Notes: generated by a model from the sequence alone, not told the origin. Shown: positions 48,451 to 58,695, counted from the stretch's first letter. The stretch: DNA of 64,000 nucleotides from an archaeon (GCA_024276825.1 JAJRWI010000010.1:32001-96000); one strand, 5' to 3'. Numbers and translations: made by a program.

Positions 48451-48882
48451 ATGAGTCTGAAAAGATTCGGAGTTTCAGTTCAAGAAGACCTCCTAAGTGA
48501 GTTTGATGATCTTATCATGAAGAAGGGATATATTGGCAGGTCTGAGGCAATTAGGGATGCAATGCGTCTGTTTATCACGGAGTCTGAGTGGGATGCTGGA
48601 GAGGGAGAGATGGCTGCAACACTCACCATCGTATATGGGCACAGGCCCAAGCTGATCAGCCAACTCATCAGGGCGCAGCATCAGGCGAGAGCAACTGTTA
48701 TCTCAACCACACACATACATGTGTCGCAGAGCTATTGCCTTGAGGTTCTGACAATCAGGGGCACTCGTCATGAGATAGAGGAGTTGAATAGAGAGGTTTC
48801 TGGACTGCGGGGTGTTGTGTATTCAAAGCTTTTTGCATTCTCAGTCCCTGAAGATGATGAACATGAGCATCATCATCATTGA
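48451..48882 (+). CDS. nikR: Nickel-responsive regulator NikR
   Basis: 'RFGVS...FD..I...GY..RSEAIRDA'; Ni ligands 'QH...HIH.....CLEV'; His-rich tail. Confidence 0.93.
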   Translation: MSLKRFGVSVQEDLLSEFDDLIMKKGYIGRSEAIRDAMRLFITESEWDAGEGEMAATLTIVYGHRPKLISQLIRAQHQARATVISTTHIHVSQSYCLEVLTIRGTRHEIEELNREVSGLRGVVYSKLFAFSVPEDDEHEHHHH

Positions 48883-48891
48883 TTTCGTTCA

Positions 48892-50175
48892 TTAAACGAC
48901 CTTATCAAGGCCAGCTTCAGAGTTGCGCTCATTCCAGTACTCTAAAAACTCTGAGGGTATATCATTGGATGGTTTGCTCTTGCTGGCAATCGCCTCTGTC
49001 TTCTGCTCGAATTCTATAAACAGGCCCGCAATAACATCCAGCCTGTTCTCGCGGTACTTGTTGTAGATTTGTTGCTGATAGTCACTCACAAGTTTTGCAA
49101 CTGCGGGAAGAGAGTCAGCAAATGCCATAGATATCTTTCGACTCACTACTTCGCGTTTCCACCAATGAGATTCAATAGAGTGTTTCTCGTCACCAACATC
49201 AAAGCCTGAATAGATGATGGGATTATCGAATGAGATGGGATAAAAGAGGTTCATACAGGGACTCGAAGCTCCTGTGAACCAATGAGTGCTTTTGATGTCC
49301 AATTCAGAGATTTGGGAACAGGTTGATGCGTAGGCATTCTCATGACCTGCATGCTGACAGACAGCTGCGACCTCTTGATTCCACGGGGACCATCCCTCAG
49401 GGTGACTTCTCAGAACCTCACACATCTTTGAGAATGTGAGTTGTCCCTTATTATCCTCCAAGAATCTTGTTGTGTAACTCAATCGATCATCACATCTTGA
49501 GATATATCGCATTGCCTCATTTCCATAGGCTAGGGCAAAATCAAATTCATTGGACTCGTCATACCATCCCTGCTCGATAGCATGTTCGATAATATCAGGT
49601 GAGGCCTTGTCCCAAGAGTTCCTGATTGTATATCCATTGGAAATAGCCCATGCTGATTCGACTCGTTTTGCAACCCACCGCCTATCAGAGGTTTCCAACA
49701 CCCAAGCAGTGTCTTTGTCAGCAATGATGAAACTGTTGTGGTACATCAAGACACCTTTGTACTCGCAAACGCCACCCTGTCCGTGACTTTCAAGAAGGCG
49801 GGTAATGACATCGAGCGCCTCATTAGCATTCTTGGAACGCTCTAGAGCCAGTCGGAGCAGATCCATTCCGAGAAGACCATTTTCAGGAACTTCTTCGTTT
49901 GAGAAGACGGCTTCATTACCAACAACAACGCCATGTTCATTGGCGCCCATCTCAGCACCCCAAATCCAAAAGGGTCTAGATATTATCACAGCATAGGTCT
50001 CCCGGACTTGGGGGATTGAGATGTGAGTGCATTTCAAAAGACTATCAGAGTCATGACTGACTCGTGGATGATATTCGACAAGCTGGGCCTCATTGGGAGG
50101 CCGATCGCTGTTCTTTCCGAATATGGTAATCCCATTCTCAGTGGCGTCCTTTAGAGCAATGAGTGTGTCGCACAT
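48892..50175 (-). CDS. Peptidase C69/secernin family
   Basis: N-terminal nucleophile 'MCDT', 'FGKNSDR..NEAQ', 'WGAEMGANEHGV..GNEA', 'GMDLLRLALER'. Confidence 0.92.
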   Translation of the reverse strand: MCDTLIALKDATENGITIFGKNSDRPPNEAQLVEYHPRVSHDSDSLLKCTHISIPQVRETYAVIISRPFWIWGAEMGANEHGVVVGNEAVFSNEEVPENGLLGMDLLRLALERSKNANEALDVITRLLESHGQGGVCEYKGVLMYHNSFIIADKDTAWVLETSDRRWVAKRVESAWAISNGYTIRNSWDKASPDIIEHAIEQGWYDESNEFDFALAYGNEAMRYISRCDDRLSYTTRFLEDNKGQLTFSKMCEVLRSHPEGWSPWNQEVAAVCQHAGHENAYASTCSQISELDIKSTHWFTGASSPCMNLFYPISFDNPIIYSGFDVGDEKHSIESHWWKREVVSRKISMAFADSLPAVAKLVSDYQQQIYNKYRENRLDVIAGLFIEFEQKTEAIASKSKPSNDIPSEFLEYWNERNSEAGLDKVV

Positions 50176-50235
50176 ATCGCTAGGAGTATGATTAGTAGAC
50201 TATAACAATTTCGAGAGGTTCATTAGTAATCCAAA

Positions 50236-50967
50236 TCATGTGTTGATTGGCTCACCTTTCTTTCTAAAGAGAATAAGAGTCACCGCAAGACCGATTGCAA
50301 TCAGCAAAGATGAACCAAGTATCACAGGAAATGGGTCACTGCATGACTGGCAAGGAATCGCCTCTGAATATTTGCTCACAATCGAGGCAGTTGAATTCAA
50401 GAGCAATGTCCACCGTTCACCTTCAGCAACTAGATGGAATCTCAAGCGCCAGAGATAGGTCGTATTCATATTTGCCATACTGCCAGGAATCACGACAATC
50501 TCTTCACAGAGACCCCAATAATGATCATTGCGAGCGAAGAAGTCAGTTGCTGATTCTATAATGGATGTAAATTCGTTTTCATTGTCAGGTTGAAATATGG
50601 CAAGTTGGACTAGTGACTTGTTATCTGCAGTAAGCATTGCCAGATACTGATAGAATCCAGATTGATTGATATGGACAATGGCAAAAGTGCTGAGAGAGGT
50701 GGAGTGGGTCAAATTGGAGTCAATGGGGCCAAGTGCTTCCCAGAAGAGTGTGCTGTTGTTATGGATTATGCGTTTAAGACTTGACTCATTATTGAATATC
50801 TCGTATTTGTTCACTAGTGGGGCAATGTCTTCGGGAACAAGTTTCAACTCTCGATAATTCACTGTTATCACTGGGAGGTTTTCTTGAGCAGAGGTAATGG
50901 GAAGAGATGCTAGATGAATCAATAGAACAACCAGTACAAAATGTATGCGTTTCATTATGACTTGCAT
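50236..50967 (-). CDS. Secreted, C-terminally anchored hypothetical protein
   Basis: Signal peptide; CxxC just before the C-terminal TM and basic tail. Confidence 0.65.
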   Translation of the reverse strand: MQVIMKRIHFVLVVLLIHLASLPITSAQENLPVITVNYRELKLVPEDIAPLVNKYEIFNNESSLKRIIHNNSTLFWEALGPIDSNLTHSTSLSTFAIVHINQSGFYQYLAMLTADNKSLVQLAIFQPDNENEFTSIIESATDFFARNDHYWGLCEEIVVIPGSMANMNTTYLWRLRFHLVAEGERWTLLLNSTASIVSKYSEAIPCQSCSDPFPVILGSSLLIAIGLAVTLILFRKKGEPINT

Positions 50968-50985
50968 ATTACATCATTGGTTAAA

Positions 50986-51688
50986 TCATATTGGTTTAAG
51001 GCTTGATAATAGCTCGCTCATAGAGTTAAAGGAGTAATCTGGTAAGGATGGCCCAAGCCAAGCCTTAGTCAATGGGCAATGTATATCGACTCTAATTGTG
51101 GCAATATCTGTGCTTATACTCTGATATTCGTTTATTGGTCCGGGCTTGTCTTCTACAATGGTCATGTCCTTGAATGATGTTGAGTACTTTTCTTTTAAGA
51201 TGTCTAATGCAAGTTTACGCGACTCGATCGTTTCACCAATAATCAGAACTTCATTAAACATTCCTGCAAGACCACTCTGTTGAATCCTATGATTCTTCAT
51301 GCCAACCTGACCATCATTTCCACATATCACAGCAAGTATCACATCGCATGATTTGAGGAGTTTTAGAAATGACTTGACACCATCTCTTATCTCTGAGAGG
51401 GTTGTGCGTAATTCCCAGAATCTCTTTAGGTAGACCTCCAAATCAACATCGGATGGTACAAACTGATTGAACAGGCGTGGCCACCAAGTTAGACGATTGT
51501 AAATTGTTCTATTATCGTAGAAGTCTTCTAATTGAATTGCCATAGAAACAAAATGGTTGAGTTCTTCATTGATATCAAGTTCAGTTCCAATATGTTTATA
51601 GATTTGGGGGCATGCATGAATAACTATCAACCAATACACCATCAAAATCAAAAGCCCATATTTTTCGGACGGGTTTATTCAGTTTCAA
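50986..51688 (-). pseudogene. HAD-superfamily hydrolase with a frameshift in a C5 run
   Basis: TTG 51688 gives ...KIWAFDFDGVLVDSYSCMP (HAD motif I) in a different frame from the downstream ORF carrying 'IVEDKP'. One extra base at 51606-51610 explains the shift. Confidence 0.8.
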
Positions 51689-51951
51689 GGGGAGGTTAAT
51701 TCCATGTCATGTCCAAATCGATGACTTAGAAATGAGGTCACTCATTCTCTTTGATGATCTTTGCAAGCGTGGTAGTTTTAAATGCATGTTCTCACCATGA
51801 GTGAAATCATATTCTGTATATTTATTCTCAGAGAGTTATCCAATGTTCCTTTTTGCAACAGTAGGCAATTCAGTTATTCTGAGTAAAGTGGAATATCATC
51901 GACCCCAGCAGTTTTATTCAAGTCGCATTATAGCTGGACAGATGAGGAGTA

Positions 51952-52404
51952 ATGAAGATCAAGTCAAAGTATCCAGAAACCCTTGAGTATAGTGCAACAT
52001 CAAAATGGGATGGAAAGACTGGAGGAATCGCAACTGTCGGTAATGAGAGAGAGATTGTTTATGATACACCTACCACCTATGGAGGCGGCGGTACTGCAGT
52101 CTGCCCTGACGAGATGTTCCTTGCATCAATACTCGGATGCTTAAACAACACATTCCTTGACTTTCAGCGGAAGTTTGAGATGGAACTTTTATCTTTTAAT
52201 CTTAAAGGAAGGGCTACATCAAAGTTTGATAAGGAGGGGTATCAGATCACTGGAATTGAGGTGACTGGAGAGGTTGTGGTCGGAGAGGATGAACTGGAAA
52301 CTGGAAAGCGTTGCGTTGAACTCATGAAAAAGTTCTGCCATCTTTCAAGGTCGATAAAGAAATGTATTCCGATAAAGATTGAAGTCACTGTGAGAGAGGC
52401 ATGA
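51952..52404 (+). CDS. OsmC/Ohr family protein
   Basis: 'CPDEMFLASILGC...TF' and 'FCHLSRSI'. Confidence 0.88.
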   Translation: MKIKSKYPETLEYSATSKWDGKTGGIATVGNEREIVYDTPTTYGGGGTAVCPDEMFLASILGCLNNTFLDFQRKFEMELLSFNLKGRATSKFDKEGYQITGIEVTGEVVVGEDELETGKRCVELMKKFCHLSRSIKKCIPIKIEVTVREA

Positions 52405-52409
52405 CATAT

Positions 52410-52913
52410 TCACGTCTCCATGTTCTGTATTAGTTCACTTATCCGTTTCATGTACTTCAGAATATTGGCCCAATAGCCTCCCTGAAAGTAGACGCCCTTG
52501 CAGTTCTCACATAACCAAAACACATCATAGTGGCTGAATGTGCGTTCATGCACCAGAGACCGCACACGCTCCTTTTCCGCGCCATGAAGTTCGATAAGCT
52601 TGCCATTACATTTTGAACATCTTGCCCTGCTCGGGTCAACAACGGGCTTAATCTGGAACCTGTGAAGGACTAGGGCAACCTCTTCGTCAACATCACCCCG
52701 CACCAACATACTCTGCAGACCATGTTCTATCGCAGTTTCATGTAACTTCATATCCGAAGTCAATAGGATCCTATTTTCACCCTCAACAATCCTTAAGACC
52801 TCATCATCTTCTATATCTGGTTCATATCGACTATCAAAGCCCAAGAGTCGCAACCAGGTGGCAAGATGCCCAAGCATTGCATCAACAAAGAATAGCATTT
52901 TCTCCGAGTTCAT
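52410..52913 (-). CDS. Mut7-C RNase (PIN plus Zn ribbon) family protein
   Basis: 'VDAMLGHLATWLRLLGFD', 'RILLT.D', 'RCSKCN', 'C..C...Y..G'. Confidence 0.92.
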   Translation of the reverse strand: MNSEKMLFFVDAMLGHLATWLRLLGFDSRYEPDIEDDEVLRIVEGENRILLTSDMKLHETAIEHGLQSMLVRGDVDEEVALVLHRFQIKPVVDPSRARCSKCNGKLIELHGAEKERVRSLVHERTFSHYDVFWLCENCKGVYFQGGYWANILKYMKRISELIQNMET

Positions 52914-53740
52914 CTTGACGCATCTCGTAACTCTTCAATTGTTGAGAGAGAAACAGCGACATCCCCCAGTTGGACCTCATGATCATCGCCATGGAAGTCA
53001 GTACCACCAGTTTCAATTAGATCAAGGCCCTTTATGGCAGTAGACAATCGTTTATGATCTTCTTCAGTCGGATAGAACGGATAAGCATAGTGGGTTTCAA
53101 CACCCATAAGACCAGAGTCAACGAGAGCCGATACAAACTCCCGCAAGTCAATGTTCTTGATCAATAATGGATGTGCAAGAACAGGGACTGCCCCCACTTG
53201 TTTCAATAGTCTTACTGCATCAATTGATCTCATTTTTGCCTTTTTTACATAAGCAGGCCTACCAGTAGCAAGGAATCTCATAAAGGCATCATCAATGGAT
53301 GATGTGATACCTAATTCAGTCAGGACTCTGGCAAGATGTGGACGGCCGGGCGAGGTGACTCCCTTCAATATTTCTTGAATTGATTCGTCTGGAATCTCAT
53401 AGCCGAGAGATCTCATCTTTTCCACCATTTTGGGAAAGCGTTTCTCACGAGCAAGCTGAAGTTCTTTGAGTTGTTGGTTCAGCTCAGCAGAGTCCATGGG
53501 AACAAAATAGCCAAGAATATGCACTTCATTGCCCTCATGTTCTGTGCTTATCTCAATGCCGGGCACACGCATAATTTTGGTTTCCACTTTTAAGAATTCA
53601 GACAGTCCATCTATCGTGTCATGATCTGTTAATGCCAGACCACCTAAGCCGATTCTCTCAGCAAGGCGTATCAGTTCAATTGGAGAATATAGTCCATCTG
53701 AGAAGTTGGAGTGGGTGTGAAGATCAGCAAGTTGTTTCAT
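52910..53740 (-). CDS. PHP-domain phosphoesterase (TrpH/YciV-like)
   Basis: 'DLHTHS..SDG', 'LTDHDT', 'GRPHLA', 'LAHP', 'GGTDFHG'. Confidence 0.92.
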   Translation of the reverse strand: MKQLADLHTHSNFSDGLYSPIELIRLAERIGLGGLALTDHDTIDGLSEFLKVETKIMRVPGIEISTEHEGNEVHILGYFVPMDSAELNQQLKELQLAREKRFPKMVEKMRSLGYEIPDESIQEILKGVTSPGRPHLARVLTELGITSSIDDAFMRFLATGRPAYVKKAKMRSIDAVRLLKQVGAVPVLAHPLLIKNIDLREFVSALVDSGLMGVETHYAYPFYPTEEDHKRLSTAIKGLDLIETGGTDFHGDDHEVQLGDVAVSLSTIEELRDASR

Positions 53741-54140
53741 TGTATCGAGCCTCTCTTACAAGGGTTTCAACAAGTCTTTTGGTCTTATGGCATACTTTTC
53801 TAATATCCAATCTGGTCAATGTTTCACGCGATGGACAGTCCCGGTCGGCAACACATTTCCTCTTCCGCATATCATAGACCACAGGATAATACCTACATCC
53901 TTCAGGCCGAGAGTCATAGATCTTGCACTTTTTTGTTATTGGATCATAGAAGAAACAGTGATCTTCAATATTCTTCAGTTGGCAGAACCCATCATCCGTC
54001 TTGAAGAGAAAGGCCCGCTTTGAAAAGCCAAGAGCGGTTATTCGTTCAATGTCTTTTCGTGTCAGGGTCATCTCCGTGTTTATGCAACACAACTTGACCT
54101 CATCGCATGTCCCATCATGGTTGCATTGAAAAGGTGTCAA
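53724..54140 (-). CDS. YkgJ/CxxCxxCC Fe-S/Zn cluster protein
   Basis: 'C...C...CC', 'CFF', 'CKIYDSRPEGCRYYP'. Confidence 0.88.
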   Translation of the reverse strand: MTPFQCNHDGTCDEVKLCCINTEMTLTRKDIERITALGFSKRAFLFKTDDGFCQLKNIEDHCFFYDPITKKCKIYDSRPEGCRYYPVVYDMRKRKCVADRDCPSRETLTRLDIRKVCHKTKRLVETLVREARYNETTC

Positions 54141-54162
54141 GTTGCGTTGATCTCCATAAAGT

Positions 54163-54230
54163 GGTCAGATTGCGGTTTATTGGGTCATCACGATGGCAAT
54201 CGCTCACCATCCCTACTTCATCATCATCCC
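54163..54230 (-). ncRNA. Candidate C/D box guide sRNA
   Basis: Minus strand reads GGG-ATGATGA(TGA)-N10-GTGA-N12-GTGATGA-N16-CTGA-CC, with TTATAA about 24 nt upstream. Confidence 0.6.
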
Positions 54231-54274
54231 GCTATCTGCTATGCAAGTTTGTTATAAGAATTATACTGAATCGC

Positions 54275-54508
54275 TTATTCTCTCGTCAGACGTCGAACAA
54301 ATGAGCTAGATCTTATTGGTGTGTCCATATCCTTGTTCTTAGTCATGGTCAGTCTAAATTGGCTAGGCGCCTTTCCAGTCAATCGCTGATATGCCTGTGA
54401 GTGTACTGTATATATATAGTCAATCAGTTCGTTTGACTGTTGAACGGCACCAAGCCGGAGATGTATGGTCTTATTGAAAACAGACATGATCTTGTCAATC
54501 AGTTTCAT
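54275..54508 (-). CDS. Small hypothetical protein
   Basis: 77-aa ORF filling the intergenic gap; no motif recognised. Confidence 0.4.
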   Translation of the reverse strand: MKLIDKIMSVFNKTIHLRLGAVQQSNELIDYIYTVHSQAYQRLTGKAPSQFRLTMTKNKDMDTPIRSSSFVRRLTRE

Positions 54509-54640
54509 TAATCATTCACAAACAATTAATGTTAGGTTCACTCAAAAGACTTTCCAAGTGGTCATCTTTGTTCTCCAAGCAAACTTCTAAATAGAACATT
54601 CTTAGAGAAAAGTCAATCAGTATCGTAGGTTGATGACTAA

Positions 54641-56452
54641 ATGCGAATCGCCATCATAGATAGAACGAGATGTAGACCCAAGGACTGCAGTCATGAGTGT
54701 CAGAGATTCTGTCCCAGAGTGCGTACCGGCGATGAAACCGTAGTGTTTCCAGAGGGGCCAACAAAGCCACCAGTAATCGTTGAGGCCCTTTGTTCTGGAG
54801 AGGGGATCTGCGTAAAGAAGTGCCCCTACAAATGCATTAGCATCATCAATCTACCTGAGGAGCTAGATGAAGACACAAGTCATAGATACAGCCAGAATGG
54901 GTTCAAGCTGTTTAGACTGCCCATCCCAAAGGAGGGCAAAGTGCTTGGTCTGATAGGACCCAACGGTGTTGGAAAGACCACATCTTTAAGAATACTTGCA
55001 GGGGAGCTGAAACCAAACCTGGGACGCTATGATGACCCTCCTGAATGGGAAGAGATAATCACTGCATACAGGGGGTCTGAGATTCAGCCATTTTTTGAGA
55101 GAATGCGTGACGGGCGGATAGTCCCAATCCATAAGCCACAGAGTATTACCGATCTTCCCAAGGTCAAAGAGATTGCTGACAAACCAATCAGTGAGTTGCT
55201 TGAAACTGCAGACTCTTCAGGCAGGTTGTCCGAATTAAAAGAAGATCTTAGCCTTCAGACCATCTGGGACCGCGAGATAAAGTATCTGAGTGGTGGAGAA
55301 CTTCAGAGAGTAGCAATCACTGCTGCAATCATTCGAGAAGGAGACATATACTTTTTCGATGAGCCAACTGCTTATCTGGATGTGCGTGAGAGACTTCGCG
55401 TCGGCAAGGCAATCCGGACATTATCAGAGATGGGCAAGACTGTTATAGTGGTAGAGCATGACCTGTCAATACTTGATTATGTGTCAGACCTTGTTTGTAT
55501 ATTCTATGGTAAGCCGGGAGCATATGGTATTGTTTCACACCCGCATGGAACGCGCGTAGGGATCAACATATTCCTTGATGGATACATTCCAGATGAGAAC
55601 ATGCGATTTCGCGACACAAGCATCTCATTCAAGGGCATGACTGGAGATCAGGAGGACTGGGTCAGTTCTGAAATCCTTTTTGAATATGGAGATATGAAGA
55701 AAGAGTTTGAAGGATTCAGGCTGGAGGTCAGAGGCGGAAGGGTTTCAAAGGGCCAGGTTGTTGGAATTCTTGGCGCTAATGGAATTGGTAAGACAACTTT
55801 TGTCAAGATGCTTGCAGGCATTCTGAAACCTGATGAGGGGGAGGTGCCAACTCACACAAAGGCGGGCTTTGAGTTGAGAATCAGCTACAAGCCCCAGTAC
55901 ATCGAGACTGATTACCCAGGCAATGTCAGGATGTATATCAGAGAGGCTGGAAGTGAGGCTATTGACTCTGCAGATTTTAGAACTACTGTGATTCGAAGAC
56001 TTGAGCTTGAGGATCTTATGGACCATCCAGTTTCAGACCTGAGCGGAGGGGAGCTTCAGAGGGCGACTATTGCGCGTTGCCTTGCACAAGAGGCAGACAT
56101 CTATCTGTTTGATGAACCATCAGCATTTCTTGATATTGAGCAGCGCCTTGCTGTTTCTAGAGCAATCAGGCGAATTGTGCAGACTCGAATGAAGACTGCA
56201 TTTGTTGTAGAACACTCTCTCTTGATGGCAGACTATCTCAGTGATAGCATGGTTGTTTTCAGTGGCATGCCTGGAAAGCATGGCAAGGCTTCCACCGTCA
56301 CGCCCCTGAAGGATGGAATGAATGCCTTTTTGAGGATGATGGGAGTCACATTCAGGAGGGACCCTCAGAGCGGGAGACCTCGTGTAAACAAATACGGGTC
56401 TCAGTTAGACAGTCAGCAGAAGGCTGCAGGAAACTACTATTATTCGGGATGA
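54641..56452 (+). CDS. abce1: ABCE1/Rli1 ribosome recycling ATPase
   Basis: N-terminal Fe-S domain 'CRPKDC..EC...CP', two NBDs with LSGGELQR, hinge 'TFRRDP..GRPRVNK'. Confidence 0.97.
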   Translation: MRIAIIDRTRCRPKDCSHECQRFCPRVRTGDETVVFPEGPTKPPVIVEALCSGEGICVKKCPYKCISIINLPEELDEDTSHRYSQNGFKLFRLPIPKEGKVLGLIGPNGVGKTTSLRILAGELKPNLGRYDDPPEWEEIITAYRGSEIQPFFERMRDGRIVPIHKPQSITDLPKVKEIADKPISELLETADSSGRLSELKEDLSLQTIWDREIKYLSGGELQRVAITAAIIREGDIYFFDEPTAYLDVRERLRVGKAIRTLSEMGKTVIVVEHDLSILDYVSDLVCIFYGKPGAYGIVSHPHGTRVGINIFLDGYIPDENMRFRDTSISFKGMTGDQEDWVSSEILFEYGDMKKEFEGFRLEVRGGRVSKGQVVGILGANGIGKTTFVKMLAGILKPDEGEVPTHTKAGFELRISYKPQYIETDYPGNVRMYIREAGSEAIDSADFRTTVIRRLELEDLMDHPVSDLSGGELQRATIARCLAQEADIYLFDEPSAFLDIEQRLAVSRAIRRIVQTRMKTAFVVEHSLLMADYLSDSMVVFSGMPGKHGKASTVTPLKDGMNAFLRMMGVTFRRDPQSGRPRVNKYGSQLDSQQKAAGNYYYSG

Positions 56453-56486
56453 GTTTGGGCAAGTCTAGGCTGGTCCAGTTGATTGT

Positions 56487-57323
56487 TCATAGTCCCCGGG
56501 ACCAGTATCGCTTTCCCTTTGCTCTGCGCTCTTCATCCAATTCCGCAAGGATTCTCACAGCCTCATTGCCGCAATTGATCACATCTTCTTCTCCACGAAC
56601 AGCAAACTCATTTGTCACTCTATTTGCATAAACCGCACAGACAGCACCTGCTCTGAATCCATAGATATTTGCAAGAGTCAGAAGTGTGGCAGCCTCCATC
56701 TCAAAATTGGCCACATTTGCAGCCTGAAGATCTTCAATCAGAGACCTGCTTTCAGTGAATGTATATCCGCCAAACCCTGGACGTGACTGACCCAAGTAGA
56801 ATGAGTCTGTGGATGCTGAGATTCCTAGGTGATAGTTCAGGCCAAGGGCTTCTGCGGCCTCTATGAGAGCAAGGACTATTTCATAGGATGCAGAGGCAGG
56901 GTACTCGGGTCGCACATACTGCTTACTCGTCCCCTCAAGTCGAACAGCAGCAGTAGTAATGATCAGATCTCCAATGTCAATCTCTCTCTTTAGTGTGGCA
57001 CAGGAACCCACTCTAATAAAATCGTGAACCCCAACATTTGCCAACTCTTCAATGGCAATCGCAGTGCCAGGACCGCCAATGCCAGTGGAACATGCAGTAA
57101 TTGGAACTCCCTTGTAGAATCCCGTGTGAGTCACATACTGACGGTGGACCGCCTTTTCCTCAAAACTGTCCCATTTTGCACTGATCTTTCTCACTCTTTG
57201 GGGGTCGCCTGGAAGTAGTGCTATCGTGGCAACATCGTCTTCACCAACCTCAATGTGATACTGTTTTCTATCAGGGGTCACAGGTCTATCTGCATCAACA
57301 ATATCCTTTGGCATTCTTCTCAC
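56487..57323 (-). CDS. udp: Uridine phosphorylase / nucleoside phosphorylase
   Basis: 'QYHI', 'LPGDPQRV', 'STGIGGP', 'RVGSC', 'RLEGTS', 'NFEMEAA'. Confidence 0.9.
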   Translation of the reverse strand: MRRMPKDIVDADRPVTPDRKQYHIEVGEDDVATIALLPGDPQRVRKISAKWDSFEEKAVHRQYVTHTGFYKGVPITACSTGIGGPGTAIAIEELANVGVHDFIRVGSCATLKREIDIGDLIITTAAVRLEGTSKQYVRPEYPASASYEIVLALIEAAEALGLNYHLGISASTDSFYLGQSRPGFGGYTFTESRSLIEDLQAANVANFEMEAATLLTLANIYGFRAGAVCAVYANRVTNEFAVRGEEDVINCGNEAVRILAELDEERRAKGKRYWSRGL

Positions 57324-57507
57324 CTCTGAGTTAGAATACTTGCAGCTATTTAATTTTGAAGTATCAAAACTATTATATGACTGTAAAATAGTGGGTGAAT
57401 GGAATTCGTGGGATTTCCGAAAGGTCTATTACGGGACTGATTCGGGAAGGCGCCATAGAGAGAGCGTGTTCACGCTCGGGTCAAATACCAAATGGAGCGA
57501 ACTGGGA

Positions 57508-58656
57508 ATGGTAGAAACAACTATCAGCGTTATAAAAGCGGACATTGGTTCTCTTGCTGGTCATGTTATTGTTCCTGATTTTATTTTGGAACTTGCAAGA
57601 AAGTCCCTAAAGGATGCTGTAGAGAGGAAGATAATCAATGACTTCCATGTGACTCACGCAGGTGATGATCTCGAACTGATTATGACACATCACAAGGGTG
57701 AGAATAATGAAGAGGTTCACAAACTGGCATGGGATACATTCTTAGCATGCACAAAGATGGCTCGTGAAAAGAAAATTTATGCTGCAGGGCAAGACATTCT
57801 TTCTGACACATTCAGTGGTAATGTAAAGGGTATGGGCCCAGGATCTGCTGAGATGTCATTTGAGGAACGAAAGTCGGAGCCAATTGCAGTCTTCATGGCA
57901 GACAAGACTGAGCCAGGAGCATTCAATCTGCCCCTCTTCAGAATATATGCAGATCCATTCAACACCGCAGGTCTAGTCATCGATCCCAACCTGCATAATG
58001 GATTCAGGTTTATCATTCAAGACATTAAGAAGGATGTTCCATCTTTCATCGAGTTCAAATGTCCAGAAGAGATGTATGACTTGCTCGCACTCATCGGAAG
58101 CACAGGACGTTATACCATCAAGAAGGTCTATCGCTCTGATGGGATGGTTACGGCGGCTGTCAGTACAGACAAACTTCACAACATTGCTGGCAAGTATATT
58201 GGCAAGGATGACCCAGTCGCCATTATTAGAGCGCATTCTGGACTGCCTGCCATGGGTGAGGTGCTAGAAGGCTTCACAATACCTCATCTTGTTTCAGGCT
58301 GGATGCGTGGGTCTCATGCAGGACCACTAATGCCAGTTGGTGTAAAGGACTCCAGATGTACACGCTTTGATGGTCCGCCTCGTGTAATTGGTCTGGGATT
58401 CCAAGTATCTAACGGGATGCTTGTTGGTCCAGTCGATCTGTTTGAAGATGTTGCGTTCGACATCACTCGACAAAAGGCCATGGAGATCGCACATTATCTG
58501 AGACAGCATGGACCATTCCAACATCACAGATTAGGCGAACAAGACATGGAATACACCACACTACCAGCTGTTTTGAAAAAGTATGAGGGTAGATTCTCCA
58601 ACGAGGAGATTATCCCAAAGGCTGAGATTAAAGAAACAGGGGATCCTGCCGAGTGA
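57508..58656 (+). CDS. fbp: Bifunctional fructose-1,6-bisphosphate aldolase/phosphatase
   Basis: 'TISVIKADIGS..GH', 'GDD', 'GQD', 'DKTEPGAFN', 'GKDDP', 'GWMRGSH', 'FDGPPR', 'MEYTT'. Probable start at 57508. Confidence 0.96.
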   Translation: MVETTISVIKADIGSLAGHVIVPDFILELARKSLKDAVERKIINDFHVTHAGDDLELIMTHHKGENNEEVHKLAWDTFLACTKMAREKKIYAAGQDILSDTFSGNVKGMGPGSAEMSFEERKSEPIAVFMADKTEPGAFNLPLFRIYADPFNTAGLVIDPNLHNGFRFIIQDIKKDVPSFIEFKCPEEMYDLLALIGSTGRYTIKKVYRSDGMVTAAVSTDKLHNIAGKYIGKDDPVAIIRAHSGLPAMGEVLEGFTIPHLVSGWMRGSHAGPLMPVGVKDSRCTRFDGPPRVIGLGFQVSNGMLVGPVDLFEDVAFDITRQKAMEIAHYLRQHGPFQHHRLGEQDMEYTTLPAVLKKYEGRFSNEEIIPKAEIKETGDPAE

Positions 58657-58688
58657 GGTGGTGAGCACCACCTCACCACATCTTTTTT
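58653..58688 (+). terminator. Hairpin plus T-tract between convergent genes
   Basis: Perfect inverted repeat GTGAGGTGGTG-AG-CACCACCTCAC followed by TTTTTT. Confidence 0.65.
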
Positions 58689-58695
58689 GGTGGAA

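Noticed and set aside
57340-57507. N-terminal extensions in the ORF track (fbp here; likewise 6402, 15829, 17501, 27721 and 48431)
   Set aside because: Family-conserved N-termini begin at downstream start codons, and the extensions overlap promoters or neighbouring genes.
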